NCBI GenBank assembly: GCA_946402735.1
Contig: CAMIXH010000001.1
Coordinates: forward strand, 239,175-303,174
Length of the DNA stretch: 64,000 bases
DNA from: an uncultured Mycoplasmatota bacterium
GTDB lineage: Bacteria > Bacillota_I > Bacilli_A > RF39 > UBA660
Direction: 5' to 3'
Below the pieces are notes generated by a model, which was given only the letters and a program-made list of their open reading frames with translations, was not told the DNA's origin and made no database searches. The position numbers and the translations under genes were made by a program. Shown piece by piece: positions 36,421 through 47,170 of the stretch; the first letter of the stretch is position 1, and each line of letters begins with the position of its first letter.

Positions 36421-39117
36421 ATGAATAATTTTTTTGGAGATTATACAAGTATTAATAGATCTAGAATAGAAGCTATCATTAAGAAGATTAATGATAGAGC
36501 TTTAGAATGTAGAAATATTACAACAGATTCAACTAAAATTACTATTGATAATGCTGGTACTCCAATGTTAGTAACTAAAGAAGAAGCATATTTTATAAAT
36601 AAAACAAATGAGTTTAGAAAAAGACTAAGAGAAGGCGAAACACTTGATGATATCATGGTAGAAGCTCTTGCTTTAGTAAGGGAAGCTATTAGAAGAAGAA
36701 TAAAAGATTCTAATGGTGAAAGAAAAGAAATGTTCCCTTATGATACTCAATTAGAAGCAGCTATTAGTATGCTTGGTGAAAAGTATGATGAGACTCATCG
36801 TGAAAGAGTAATTGCTGAAATGAAAACTGGTGAAGGAAAAACACTAGTTCAAATACTTGTTGCTTATTTAGATATATTAGAAGCAACTAAATCAGAAGAT
36901 AAAAAAGAATGGTCTTCTGTTCATATTATTACAGCTAATGATGCTCTTGCTAAAAGAGATCAAAAGAACAATGCTGATGTATTTGCTTTACTTGGAATAA
37001 CAAGTAGTTTTGTTCCAGGCAGAAGTTCTACTAGAACTACAGATCCTGCTCAAATGATGATTAATAAGATTAAAAAACAAAGAGCATATGTATGTGATAT
37101 AGTGTACGCTACAGCAACTACAATCGCTTTTGATTATTTAGAAGATCATACTATTTTTAGTCAAAAAGATAGAAGTATTAATAGGCCACTTGGTTATGCA
37201 ATTGTTGATGAAGCAGATGATATTTTAATAGATCAAGCAACTAATCCATTAAAATTATCACAAAGACCAAGACCAAATGGTAGTGAATATGATAAATTCT
37301 TAATAGCTCGTGAAGAACAAAAGAGAAATCTATATAAATGGGCTACTGATTTCTTATATGGAAAAATAAGAAAGAAACCTATGACTGGTAAAATATATGA
37401 TCAATATTTTGATAATAGAAATGAAAGATTTACAGAAGAATATGCATATATTAAAGATACAAGACAAATAATATTATCAAATAGAATTCAAGATGAAATA
37501 GGTGCTGATTTAAAAGATACACCTGAAGATAATGAACTATATAATGCTAGATATTTTGCATTACTTGATTGTATTAAAGCAAAAGAAGCATTTCATGCTG
37601 ATGTTGAATATAGAGTAGAAGTAAAAGATGGAAAAGCTAAAATAATTATCATAGATCAAAACATTGGTAGAAAAAAATATTCAAGTAAATATACTGGTGG
37701 TATGCAAGAAGCAATTGAAGCTAAAGAAGAATTCTTAGAAAATGAAATGGAAGGATCTAAAAAAAGATATCATATTGATTTTTCTACAACTTCTGCTATT
37801 AAAGCAATGTGTACTTATCCAGATTTCTTATCTATGTATGAACATCATGTATGCGGTATGACTGGTACAAGTGATGAAGAAGAATTTAGAAATCTATATG
37901 GTTTTGAAACATATAGAGTTAGAACTAGAAAAAGAAATATTAGAATAGACGAAGAACCAGAATTATATGCTACTTTAGCTGAAAAATATGATGCTATTAT
38001 TGAAGTAGTTAGAAAATGTGCTTTAACTGGGCAACCAGTATTAATTGGTACAACTAGTTTAAGAGAAAGTCAAATAATATCATCACTTCTAGCTAAAAAC
38101 TTTATTCGTCATCAATTATTAAATGCTAATAATGAAGAAGAAGAAAGTCAAATAGTAGTTGGTGCTGGTATGATGGGTACTGTTACAGTAGCAACAAATA
38201 TGGCTGGTCGTGGAACTGATATTAAACTAGGACCAGGAGTTAGAGACCTTGGCGGTTTATATGTAATTGGTACATCAAGAAATAAAAGTAGTAGAATTGA
38301 CTTACAACTTATGGGTAGAAGTGGAAGACAAGGAGATCCTGGAAAAACTAAATACTTTAGTTCACTAGAAGATGATTTAGTAAGAGAACATTATAAAGGT
38401 AGTGCTCTTGAAGGAGTTATTAAATTATATAGTGGAACTAAAAAACCAATTAAAAATAAAAAAATTATCGAAGCAGCAAGAAGAAGTCAAGAAGGAAGAG
38501 AAAGTAAAGATAAGAAGATAAGACTAGATAATGAAAAGTTTAATATATCTTTCATGAGACATAGAAGAATTATTTATGAAAATAGAGATGAAGTATTAAA
38601 TTCTGATTTACTAGGATTTATGAATATGATTAAAAGAATCATAGTAAAATATACTGAAACTTTAGTAAAAAATTATACAAAGGAAGATATTAAAAAACTA
38701 ATTGGTCACTTAGTACCAGTAGATACTTTGTATGACAATGATAATAATAAATTTACAGAAAATCTAATTAATGCTTTATATGATAAATTTAAACAAAACT
38801 TTGATACTAAAAAAGTTAAAAATAAAGATATTCAAGTATATGTTGATAATATAAAGAGAAAGTTCTTAGAAATAATTGATTTATATTGGTTAAGTCATAT
38901 TGAATATTTAGAAGATTTAAAATTAAGTGCATCATTTAGTATGGGTAGTGATCCATTTAAAGAATATGAAGTAACATGCACTAGAATGTTTGCTAATGAA
39001 TTAATACCATCAATGTATAATGAAATGATTACTTATGCATTAAATCCAGAAATGAAGTTTGGTACATATAAAATGCAAACTGTAGAAAGAGAAGATGAAG
39101 AAAAATTACTGTTATAA
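36421..39117 (+). CDS. secA: preprotein translocase ATPase SecA (divergent; possibly an accessory paralog)
   Basis: Walker A AEMKTGEGKTLV; DEAD-like IVDEADDILIDQA; TNMAGRGTDIKLG; GGLYVIGTSRNKSSRIDLQLMGRSGRQGDPG. There are several insertions relative to canonical SecA and no C-terminal zinc-finger tail. Confidence 0.8.
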   Translation: MNNFFGDYTSINRSRIEAIIKKINDRALECRNITTDSTKITIDNAGTPMLVTKEEAYFINKTNEFRKRLREGETLDDIMVEALALVREAIRRRIKDSNGERKEMFPYDTQLEAAISMLGEKYDETHRERVIAEMKTGEGKTLVQILVAYLDILEATKSEDKKEWSSVHIITANDALAKRDQKNNADVFALLGITSSFVPGRSSTRTTDPAQMMINKIKKQRAYVCDIVYATATTIAFDYLEDHTIFSQKDRSINRPLGYAIVDEADDILIDQATNPLKLSQRPRPNGSEYDKFLIAREEQKRNLYKWATDFLYGKIRKKPMTGKIYDQYFDNRNERFTEEYAYIKDTRQIILSNRIQDEIGADLKDTPEDNELYNARYFALLDCIKAKEAFHADVEYRVEVKDGKAKIIIIDQNIGRKKYSSKYTGGMQEAIEAKEEFLENEMEGSKKRYHIDFSTTSAIKAMCTYPDFLSMYEHHVCGMTGTSDEEEFRNLYGFETYRVRTRKRNIRIDEEPELYATLAEKYDAIIEVVRKCALTGQPVLIGTTSLRESQIISSLLAKNFIRHQLLNANNEEEESQIVVGAGMMGTVTVATNMAGRGTDIKLGPGVRDLGGLYVIGTSRNKSSRIDLQLMGRSGRQGDPGKTKYFSSLEDDLVREHYKGSALEGVIKLYSGTKKPIKNKKIIEAARRSQEGRESKDKKIRLDNEKFNISFMRHRRIIYENRDEVLNSDLLGFMNMIKRIIVKYTETLVKNYTKEDIKKLIGHLVPVDTLYDNDNNKFTENLINALYDKFKQNFDTKKVKNKDIQVYVDNIKRKFLEIIDLYWLSHIEYLEDLKLSASFSMGSDPFKEYEVTCTRMFANELIPSMYNEMITYALNPEMKFGTYKMQTVEREDEEKLLL

Positions 39118-39176
39118 TTGATTTTTCTTCTTTTTTTTGGTATTATATAGCGCAATTAAATGAAAGGGGTAATAAT

Positions 39177-39506
39177 ATGAATGTTTTAAGAGTAGAAGAA
39201 ATGTATAATTTAGAAGAAATACTAAGAGAAAATCCTGAAACAATAATTACAGATAGAAATAAGTATAGACCATTTGAAATTACTTATTTAAAAAGAGCAG
39301 TTAGATTACCAATACAAACTGTTAATTATGCTATTAATTATTGTGAAAGAAGACATTTTGGAAAAGATAGATTAATTGTTATGTTATGTGAGACTTTTGA
39401 AATTTCATCTAAAGAAGCAGAAAATAGGTTAAGAGAAGTTAAAAAGATAAATAGATATAGAGAAAATATTGCTACTTTAAAACTTCAACAAAAGGCTAGT
39501 AATTAG
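39177..39506 (+). CDS. hypothetical small cytoplasmic protein (possible HTH)
   Basis: 109 aa with RBS AAAGGGG. No family recognised. Confidence 0.4.
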   Translation: MNVLRVEEMYNLEEILRENPETIITDRNKYRPFEITYLKRAVRLPIQTVNYAINYCERRHFGKDRLIVMLCETFEISSKEAENRLREVKKINRYRENIATLKLQQKASN

Positions 39507-39572
39507 TCTTTTTTAATTGACACAAATTATTAAAAGTGATACTATTTTAATTGATAATAGGAGTGATAGAGA

Positions 39573-41351
39573 ATGAGTGAAGATTTTAAACCAGAAGATA
39601 CACATGTTCCTGAAGATAATTATGTTGATATTAGTGTGCCTCCAATTGGTAATGTTCCAGTAAATGAAGCACCTAAAAAGAAGGGCAAAGGTGCGTTAGT
39701 AATAATTATTGTTATTGTGCTTATTGCTTTAATGGGAGTAGGTTTGGTATTTTTCTTAAGTAAATATGATAAACCAAATAATGAAACTAATAAGCCAACA
39801 GAAACTATACAAACACAAACAGAACCTAAAAAGGTTAGTTATGCTATTACTAAGAACTCATTAGATAATTTTGACTTAGCATTTCTAAAATTAGAAAATA
39901 ATAAAAAGAATTTGATTTATAGTCCATTATCTATTAAATATGCTCTTGGTATGTTAATGCAAGGTTCAGCAGGTGATACATTAACTCAAATTAATGAAGT
40001 ATTAGGTCAATATAAATTTCACAAATTTACTAATAATAAAAATATGTCATTTGCAAATGCATTGTTTATTAAAAATACATATAAGAATTCTGTAAGTACT
40101 ACATATATAGATAACTTAAAGAAAAACTTCGGTGCTGAAGTAAAATATGATACTTTTAAAAAACCAGATGTTGTTAATAAATATGTAAGTGAGAAAACAT
40201 TTAAATTGATTAATAATATAGTAGATGATATATCTAAAGATGATTATGTATTATTAAATGCTCTTGCTATTGATATGAATTGGATAAAGAAAATACAACC
40301 AGAATATAGAGAAGAAGATACAGAAGAAGACGAAATATTATCAGTTTATTATCCACATATGAATTATAGTAAGTTAATTGATTATTTAAATGAAACAGAT
40401 TATCATGAATTATCATTTAATAGTGATCCAATTGCTAGACAATCTGTTGAAATAGGAGCAGTAATTAATAATTATGATATTGAAGCTGCACTTGGAAAAG
40501 AAAAAATCAAAAAAATAGTTATGGATGACTATAATGCATGGATAGCTAAAGGAGCACCAGATGCTTGTGAAGAATGTACTGATAATTGCGATTTAGATGA
40601 TGAAGATTGTGATGAAACATGTACTAAAGATACTAAATTTGATTTTGAAGAATACTATAAAGAATTAACATCAAGTTATAAGAGAGTAGATACTTCTACA
40701 GACTTTGAATTCTATACAGATGATAATGTTAAAGTATTTAAAAAAGATTTAAAGAAATATGGAGATACACAACTTTCATATATAGCTATTATGCCTACTA
40801 AAGATACACTTGAAAATTATATTAATAACGTTACTGAAGCAGATATTAATAGTTTAATTAGAAAAGTTAAAAGTATAAAATTAGATAACTTTAAAAAAGG
40901 CGTTATTACTGAAATAAAAGGTTATATTCCATTATTTAAATTTGATTCTGAATTAAAATTAATAGAAGATTTAAATAAACTAGGAATAACAGATGTATTT
41001 GATAAAGATAAAGCAAATTTATCAAATCTAACCTCTAATCAATCATATATTAATAATGCTCTTCATAAAGCAAATATAGAATTTACTAATTTAGGAATTA
41101 AAGCTTCAGCTGTTACTATGGGAGGCGGCCGTGGAGGCGGAGATTGCGGTTATGATTACAAATTCTTACCTCCAGTAGAAGTAATAGACTTAACATTTGA
41201 TAAACCATTTATGTTCTTCATTGTAGATAAATCTACTGAAGAAGTATGGTTTACTGGAAGAGTTTATGAACCAGATAAATATAAATCTTATCAAGAAACA
41301 TACAGAGAATTACATCCAGAAGAATTTGATGATGAAGAAGATGAAGATTAA
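39573..41351 (+). CDS. signal-anchored serpin (serine protease inhibitor family) with Cys/acidic insertion
   Basis: N-terminal KKKGKG plus a TM anchor. Serpin N-terminal motif NLIYSPLSIKYALGMLMQGSAGDTLTQI. Hinge GIKASAVT, a Gly-rich loop GGGRGGGD, then PPVEVIDLTFDKPFMFFIVDKSTEEVWFTGRVYEP (serpin C-terminal signature). Insertion ACEECTDNCDLDDEDCDETCTKD. Confidence 0.75.
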   Translation: MSEDFKPEDTHVPEDNYVDISVPPIGNVPVNEAPKKKGKGALVIIIVIVLIALMGVGLVFFLSKYDKPNNETNKPTETIQTQTEPKKVSYAITKNSLDNFDLAFLKLENNKKNLIYSPLSIKYALGMLMQGSAGDTLTQINEVLGQYKFHKFTNNKNMSFANALFIKNTYKNSVSTTYIDNLKKNFGAEVKYDTFKKPDVVNKYVSEKTFKLINNIVDDISKDDYVLLNALAIDMNWIKKIQPEYREEDTEEDEILSVYYPHMNYSKLIDYLNETDYHELSFNSDPIARQSVEIGAVINNYDIEAALGKEKIKKIVMDDYNAWIAKGAPDACEECTDNCDLDDEDCDETCTKDTKFDFEEYYKELTSSYKRVDTSTDFEFYTDDNVKVFKKDLKKYGDTQLSYIAIMPTKDTLENYINNVTEADINSLIRKVKSIKLDNFKKGVITEIKGYIPLFKFDSELKLIEDLNKLGITDVFDKDKANLSNLTSNQSYINNALHKANIEFTNLGIKASAVTMGGGRGGGDCGYDYKFLPPVEVIDLTFDKPFMFFIVDKSTEEVWFTGRVYEPDKYKSYQETYRELHPEEFDDEEDED

Positions 41352-41444
41352 TAAAGCAAGTTAATAACTTGCTTTTTTATTTTCAAAAAAACTTTAAATA
41401 ATTTAAAATATATAGTATAATTTATATATAATATGGAGGAAAAG

Positions 41445-41885
41445 ATGAAAAGAAATGGTTTTACATTAATGGAATTATTAGTTGTTATAGCTATTGTTGG
41501 TGTAGTAGGTGTTGCATCAGTAATATCTTTTGCAAGTATTAAAGATGATACAGCTGATAAAGAATTAAGAAATAAATATATTGAAATACAAAGAGGAGCC
41601 AATCTATATTTAGATTTACATAGTACTGATCAAAATTGGTTTATTGAAAGTAGAAAGATTGATATTAAACTAAGTGATCTAAGAGGAGAAAATTATATTA
41701 CTAGTGATTTATCTAATCCAGTAACAGGTGGAGTTATTAGTGAAGAATACTATGTTAGATTATGTATTATTAAAGATGATAAGAATGAAGATACAGTAGA
41801 TTCTTGTATAATTGAAAGAACATCTAGTGGAATTAAGTTTATAGCTGATAGTTATGGAACTGAAGGTGGACATTGTTGTGAGTAA
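41445..41885 (+). CDS. type IV pilin-like protein (minor (pseudo)pilin) with class III signal peptide
   Basis: MKRNG|FTLMELLVVIAIVGVVGVASV with Glu+5 and a Cys-rich C-terminus (GGHCCE). The track start at 41433 is upstream. ATG at 41445 follows RBS GGAGGA. Confidence 0.7.
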   Translation: MKRNGFTLMELLVVIAIVGVVGVASVISFASIKDDTADKELRNKYIEIQRGANLYLDLHSTDQNWFIESRKIDIKLSDLRGENYITSDLSNPVTGGVISEEYYVRLCIIKDDKNEDTVDSCIIERTSSGIKFIADSYGTEGGHCCE

Positions 41886-41952
41886 ATAAATATTTACTCT
41901 TTTTTTATGTAATAAAATATTGTATAATATTAAAGATTTTTGGGTGATATAT

Positions 41953-44766
41953 ATGGATAAAATTATTATAAAGAATGCTAGAGAAAACAATTTAAAGGGA
42001 ATAGATTTAGAACTACCAAAAAACAAACTTATTGTTATGACAGGAGTTAGTGGTAGTGGTAAATCTTCTCTTGCTTTTGATACTATTTATGCTGAAGGAC
42101 AAAGAAGATATGTTGAGAGTTTAAATGCATATGCAAGACAATTTCTTGGTAATATGAATAAACCAGAAGTAGATTCTATTGAAGGACTTTCTCCTAGTAT
42201 ATCAATAGATCAAAAATCAACTAATAAAAATCCAAGAAGTACAGTTGGAACAATTACTGAAATATATGATTATTTAAGACTATTATATGCTCGTATTGGA
42301 ACACCTTATTGTCCAAATCATAATATACCTGTTCAAAGTCAGAGTATTGAAGAAATGACTAATAAAATAATGGACTTAGAAGTTGGTACTAAAATAGAAA
42401 TAATGGCACCAGTAGTTCATGGTGAAAAAGGTACTCATAAAGAATTAATTGAAGACTTAAGAAAAGATGGTTTTGTAAGAGCAAAAATAGATAATGAAAT
42501 ATATGATTTAAATGATGATATTACATTAGAAAAGAATATTAAACATAATATATATGTAGTTATTGATAGACTTAGTATTAAAGAAGATTCTAGAAGTAGA
42601 ATATTTGAATCAATTGAAACAAGTACAAGAATGGCAAATGGAAAAGTATTAATAAATATAATTGGAGATAAAGAAGTAATATTCTCTGAAAATTATGCTT
42701 GTCCATTATGTGATTTTAGTATTCCTGAACTTGAACCAAGACTATTCTCATTTAATAGTCCTTTTGGAGCATGTCCTACTTGTAAAGGACTTGGTGTTAA
42801 TAAACATATTGATGAAGATATACTAATACCAGATAAAAGTTTATCAATAATGGATGGAGCAGTATCATCTTTTCAAAGTGGTGAAACATTAAATATTTAT
42901 TATAAGAAATTAAATTTAGTTGCTAAACATTACAATATTGATTTATATAAACCAGTAAATAAACTAACAAGAGAAGAACTAGATATTATTTTATATGGTT
43001 CTCCTGAAAAGTTAGATTTAACCCTTACTACTAGAAGTGGTAGTACTATGAAAAGCTATGATTACTTTGAAGGAATTATATCTAATTTAGAAAGAAGATA
43101 TATGGAAACAGAAAGTAATGCTATTCGCGAATGGATAGAACGTTATATGACTGATCTTCCATGTCCTACATGTAATGAAGCAAGATTAAAAAAAGAAGCT
43201 CTAAGTGTTAGAGTAGGTAACTTAAATATAAATGAACTTTCTAATTTAAGTATTAGAGATTTAATAACATTCTTTGATAAGTTAAAACTTAATAATGAAC
43301 AACAAGAAATATCATTTTTAATTATTAAAGAAATAAAAGAAAGATTACTTTTCTTAAAAAATGTTGGTCTTGAATATTTAACATTATCAAGAGAAGCAGC
43401 AACACTATCTGGTGGAGAAGCACAAAGAATTAGACTTGCTACTCAAATAGGAAGTAGATTATCTGGAATACTATATGTACTAGATGAACCTAGTATTGGT
43501 CTTCATCAAAGAGATAATCAAAAACTAATTAATTCTCTAAAAGAAATGAGAGATTTAGGGAACACTTTAATAGTAGTAGAACATGATACTGATACAATGC
43601 TACAAGCTGATTATTTAGTAGATATTGGCCCTAAAGCAGGAGAAGATGGAGGATACTTAGTATGTGCTGGTACTCCAGAAGATGTAATGAAGTGTGATAA
43701 ATCTATAACAGGTAAATATTTAAGTGGTAAAGAAACAATAGATGTACCAAGTAAAAGAAGAAAAGGAAATGGTAAATCTATTAAAATAACTGGATGTGCA
43801 GCTAACAATTTAAAAAATATAAATGTTGAATTTCCACTTGGTAAATTTATTTGTGTTACTGGAGTTAGTGGTTCAGGTAAATCAACATTAGTAAATGAAA
43901 TACTTGGAAAATGTTTATCAAATTATGTTTATCATTCAAAAGAAAAACCAGGTAAGTATAAAAAGATTACTGGTCTAGAGAATATAGATAAAGTAGTAAA
44001 TATTACTCAAGATCCTATTGGTAGAACTCCAAGAAGTAATCCAGCAACATATACAGGATGTTTTGATGCCATAAGAGATGTTTTTGCTGAGACAAAAGAA
44101 GCTAAAATAAGAGGATATGATAAAAGTAGATTTAGCTTTAATGTAAAAGGTGGAAGATGTGAAGCATGTTGGGGAGATGGAGTAAAGAAAATAGAGATGC
44201 ATTTCTTACCAGATGTGTATGTTCCATGTGATGTATGTAATGCTACTAGATATAATAAAGAAACTCTAAAAGTTAAATTCAAAGGATTAAATATATCAGA
44301 AGTATTAGACTTAAGAGTAAGCGAAGCATTAAAAGTATTTGAAAATGTACCAAAAGTATATAAAACACTTAAAATAATGGATGAAGTAGGACTTAGTTAT
44401 GTTAAACTTGGTCAAAGTGCAGTAACTCTTTCTGGAGGAGAAGCTTCTCGTGTAAAACTAGCTAAGGAATTACAAAAGAAGCCTACAGGTAAAAGTGTAT
44501 TTATATTAGATGAACCATCTACTGGACTTCATCAAGATGATATAAAAAGATTACTTGTTATATTAAATAGAATAGTTGATAATGGTGATACAGTTATTGT
44601 TATAGAACATAATTTAGATATTATAAAAGTAGCTGATTATATTATAGATTTAGGTCCTGAGGGTGGTAGTGAAGGTGGAAGGGTTATTGCTAAAGGAACA
44701 CCTGAAGAAGTAAGTAAGATTAAAGAATCTTATACTGGAGAATTCCTAAAGAAAATGTTAAAATAG
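41953..44766 (+). CDS. uvrA: excinuclease ABC subunit A
   Basis: Two ABC ATPase modules (GVSGSGKSSLAF, GVSGSGKSTLV) and zinc fingers (CPLCDF…CPTCKG; CEACWGDG…CDVCNATRY). Start at the MDKIIIKNARENNLKGI ATG after RBS GGGTGA. Confidence 0.95.
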   Translation: MDKIIIKNARENNLKGIDLELPKNKLIVMTGVSGSGKSSLAFDTIYAEGQRRYVESLNAYARQFLGNMNKPEVDSIEGLSPSISIDQKSTNKNPRSTVGTITEIYDYLRLLYARIGTPYCPNHNIPVQSQSIEEMTNKIMDLEVGTKIEIMAPVVHGEKGTHKELIEDLRKDGFVRAKIDNEIYDLNDDITLEKNIKHNIYVVIDRLSIKEDSRSRIFESIETSTRMANGKVLINIIGDKEVIFSENYACPLCDFSIPELEPRLFSFNSPFGACPTCKGLGVNKHIDEDILIPDKSLSIMDGAVSSFQSGETLNIYYKKLNLVAKHYNIDLYKPVNKLTREELDIILYGSPEKLDLTLTTRSGSTMKSYDYFEGIISNLERRYMETESNAIREWIERYMTDLPCPTCNEARLKKEALSVRVGNLNINELSNLSIRDLITFFDKLKLNNEQQEISFLIIKEIKERLLFLKNVGLEYLTLSREAATLSGGEAQRIRLATQIGSRLSGILYVLDEPSIGLHQRDNQKLINSLKEMRDLGNTLIVVEHDTDTMLQADYLVDIGPKAGEDGGYLVCAGTPEDVMKCDKSITGKYLSGKETIDVPSKRRKGNGKSIKITGCAANNLKNINVEFPLGKFICVTGVSGSGKSTLVNEILGKCLSNYVYHSKEKPGKYKKITGLENIDKVVNITQDPIGRTPRSNPATYTGCFDAIRDVFAETKEAKIRGYDKSRFSFNVKGGRCEACWGDGVKKIEMHFLPDVYVPCDVCNATRYNKETLKVKFKGLNISEVLDLRVSEALKVFENVPKVYKTLKIMDEVGLSYVKLGQSAVTLSGGEASRVKLAKELQKKPTGKSVFILDEPSTGLHQDDIKRLLVILNRIVDNGDTVIVIEHNLDIIKVADYIIDLGPEGGSEGGRVIAKGTPEEVSKIKESYTGEFLKKMLK

Positions 44767-44782
44767 ATTAGAGGGTAAAAAG

Positions 44783-45004
44783 ATGGCAGTTAATTATAAA
44801 AAATTAGAACAATTAAGAAAGAAAACAAGATTAAATATACTTGAAAAACTTAAGATTTTTAAAATGAAATTTGAAGCAGAACAGAATACAAAATTATTAA
44901 ATCAAAAGGAACATTGTCATCTAGGAGTTGATTGGTCAGAAGCTGATGCTTATGAATATACTAGAAGACTAAGAAAATATAATAGAAGAATGGGAGTAAA
45001 ATAA
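44783..45004 (+). CDS. small basic hypothetical protein
   Basis: 73 aa with RBS AGAGGGTAAAAAG, between uvrA and mscS. Confidence 0.35.
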   Translation: MAVNYKKLEQLRKKTRLNILEKLKIFKMKFEAEQNTKLLNQKEHCHLGVDWSEADAYEYTRRLRKYNRRMGVK

Positions 45005-45005
45005 T

Positions 45006-45809
45006 ATGGATCAAATAATTAGTAATTTAAGTAACAAATCGGTTGATTTAGTATTAAAAATATTAGGTGCTTTATTAGTATTAGTAATTGGTTTTAAAAT
45101 AGTAAGTATACTAGAAAAGAAATTAAAAAAACCAGGAATATTTAATAAACTAGATCCTACTGTTAAAACATTCTTAATTAGTTTTGCTACTATATCTATT
45201 AAAGTAATAATTATAATTGTTGTTTTATCAATAGTAGGTGTTCCAATGGCATCCTTAGTTACTTTAGTTGGTTCTTGTGCTGTTGCAATTGGTTTAGCAT
45301 TACAAGGAGGACTATCTAATATAGCTGGTTCTTTAATGATACTAATATTTAAACCATTTAAAGTAGGAGATTATATTTCTACAAATGGTATGGATGGTAC
45401 TGTTAAAGCAATAACAATGTTTTATACAACAATAACTACAATTGATAATAGAGTAATTCAATTACCAAATGGTTCTTTATCAAATTCTAATATTATTAAT
45501 TATTCTGCTAATCCAAAAAGAAGAATTGATATTGATTTATCAGTATCATATAAAAGTGATATAGATAAAGTTAAGAAGACTGTTATGGATGTAGTAAATA
45601 GACAAAAATTAATATTAGATGATGAAGAAAAATTTGTAAGATTAAGATTACATTCAGAAAGTGCTTTAACTTTTACATTAAGAGTATGGGTTAATACTCC
45701 AGATTATTGGACAGTATACTTTGATTTAATGGAACAAATTAAGAAGGAATTTGATAAAAATCATATTGAAATTCCATATAATCAACTTGATGTACATATG
45801 ATTAAATAA
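45006..45809 (+). CDS. small-conductance mechanosensitive channel (MscS family)
   Basis: Three TM helices, then the MscS beta-domain pattern (…GDYISTNGMDGTVKAITMFYTTITTIDNRVIQLPN…). Confidence 0.8.
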   Translation: MDQIISNLSNKSVDLVLKILGALLVLVIGFKIVSILEKKLKKPGIFNKLDPTVKTFLISFATISIKVIIIIVVLSIVGVPMASLVTLVGSCAVAIGLALQGGLSNIAGSLMILIFKPFKVGDYISTNGMDGTVKAITMFYTTITTIDNRVIQLPNGSLSNSNIINYSANPKRRIDIDLSVSYKSDIDKVKKTVMDVVNRQKLILDDEEKFVRLRLHSESALTFTLRVWVNTPDYWTVYFDLMEQIKKEFDKNHIEIPYNQLDVHMIK

Positions 45810-45886
45810 AAAATACTAATTAATTAGTATTTTTTTTGATATTGTTTTATGATAAAATAATTTAAGTAGGAGATAATGGTGAACAT

Positions 45887-47170
45887 ATGAATATTGAAGC
45901 AATGAAAAAAGAATTGTTTGAATATATGGTTAAGATTTATAATGAGTATTTAGCTAACAAAACAGTTAATAAATATAAAATTAAATACTTAACAGTTTAT
46001 AGAATATATTATGATATAGACGCTCTAAAAGATGAAACATCTATTAGAACATATGCTCATAATTTATTTGGTATGTCTAAAACTACTAGAACTACTTATG
46101 ATAGTTTATATTCTAGATATTCTAAGGAAACTAATCCTACATTAAAACAAAAATTATTAATAGAATTAAATGAATGTGGAGCTAAATTAAATGGTTATAA
46201 TGAATCATATAATATAGTAAATAAACATTTAAATAAAAAAGTAACCGTTACTCCAAGTTCTCCAGTTAAAAAGGAGACACCATCTGCACCTGTTAAAAAG
46301 GAAACGCCAGTAAAGAAAGAAAAACCAGTTAAAAAAGAAGAGCCAACTCCTGCATCAGATTTAACAAGTGATGATACTGTTATTAGTGATAAGATAATTG
46401 GTTTACTTGAAAGATGTAATGATTTAGATAAGAATACTTCAGAAGCTAAAAAAATATTAGAAGAAATATATAGATTAAGAGTAGAAAGGGAAGAGAAGTT
46501 TAAAGAACTTTATGGAGATCAATATAAAGTATTTATAAGTGAACTTGAAAGCTATGAAAATATGGCTTCTAATATGCCAAGTGAAGGATTTAAACAAAGA
46601 GAGATTGATAGTGGAAGTTATATATTAGAACTTAGAACTGCTCTTAATTCTATAAATGAATACCATTTTATGAATGAACTTCAAATAAAGAAGTATTATA
46701 AAAAAGACAATAATCTAAGTGATGGTTTAAATAATAATAGAAACTTTAAAAAATATAATAATTTCTTAAGAAAATTCCATGTTTTAATTAAGTCATTATT
46801 TGGAACAAAAGAAGTTATATTTAAAGTGGATAATATTGAAGTAAGTAGTGAAGATTTGCTTGCTTACCTAGGAACATGTAATTTAGATGGAGATTATAGT
46901 GTCTATAAAAACAAATTTAATGGTGCATTTATCGGAACAGAAGATACTAACAGAAAGAAATATATAGAGACATTAACATTCTTAAAGAAATGTATTGATT
47001 CTTTATGTGAAGAAGCTAAAAAGAAATTAAAAGATAAAATAACAATAACTGATACTGAAATGACTAAAGAAGATATTATTAAGAAAAGAAATAAAAGATT
47101 AAAAGAAATATATTACTTAAAATCATCTGGTAGATTAGATAATAGGGGAGTTGCTCATGAAAGAAAGTAA
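45887..47170 (+). CDS. hypothetical cytoplasmic protein with PVKKE(T/K)P tandem repeats
   Basis: 427 aa with the repeat SPVKKETPSAPVKKETPVKKEKPVKKEEP. No family recognised. Confidence 0.5.
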   Translation: MNIEAMKKELFEYMVKIYNEYLANKTVNKYKIKYLTVYRIYYDIDALKDETSIRTYAHNLFGMSKTTRTTYDSLYSRYSKETNPTLKQKLLIELNECGAKLNGYNESYNIVNKHLNKKVTVTPSSPVKKETPSAPVKKETPVKKEKPVKKEEPTPASDLTSDDTVISDKIIGLLERCNDLDKNTSEAKKILEEIYRLRVEREEKFKELYGDQYKVFISELESYENMASNMPSEGFKQREIDSGSYILELRTALNSINEYHFMNELQIKKYYKKDNNLSDGLNNNRNFKKYNNFLRKFHVLIKSLFGTKEVIFKVDNIEVSSEDLLAYLGTCNLDGDYSVYKNKFNGAFIGTEDTNRKKYIETLTFLKKCIDSLCEEAKKKLKDKITITDTEMTKEDIIKKRNKRLKEIYYLKSSGRLDNRGVAHERK

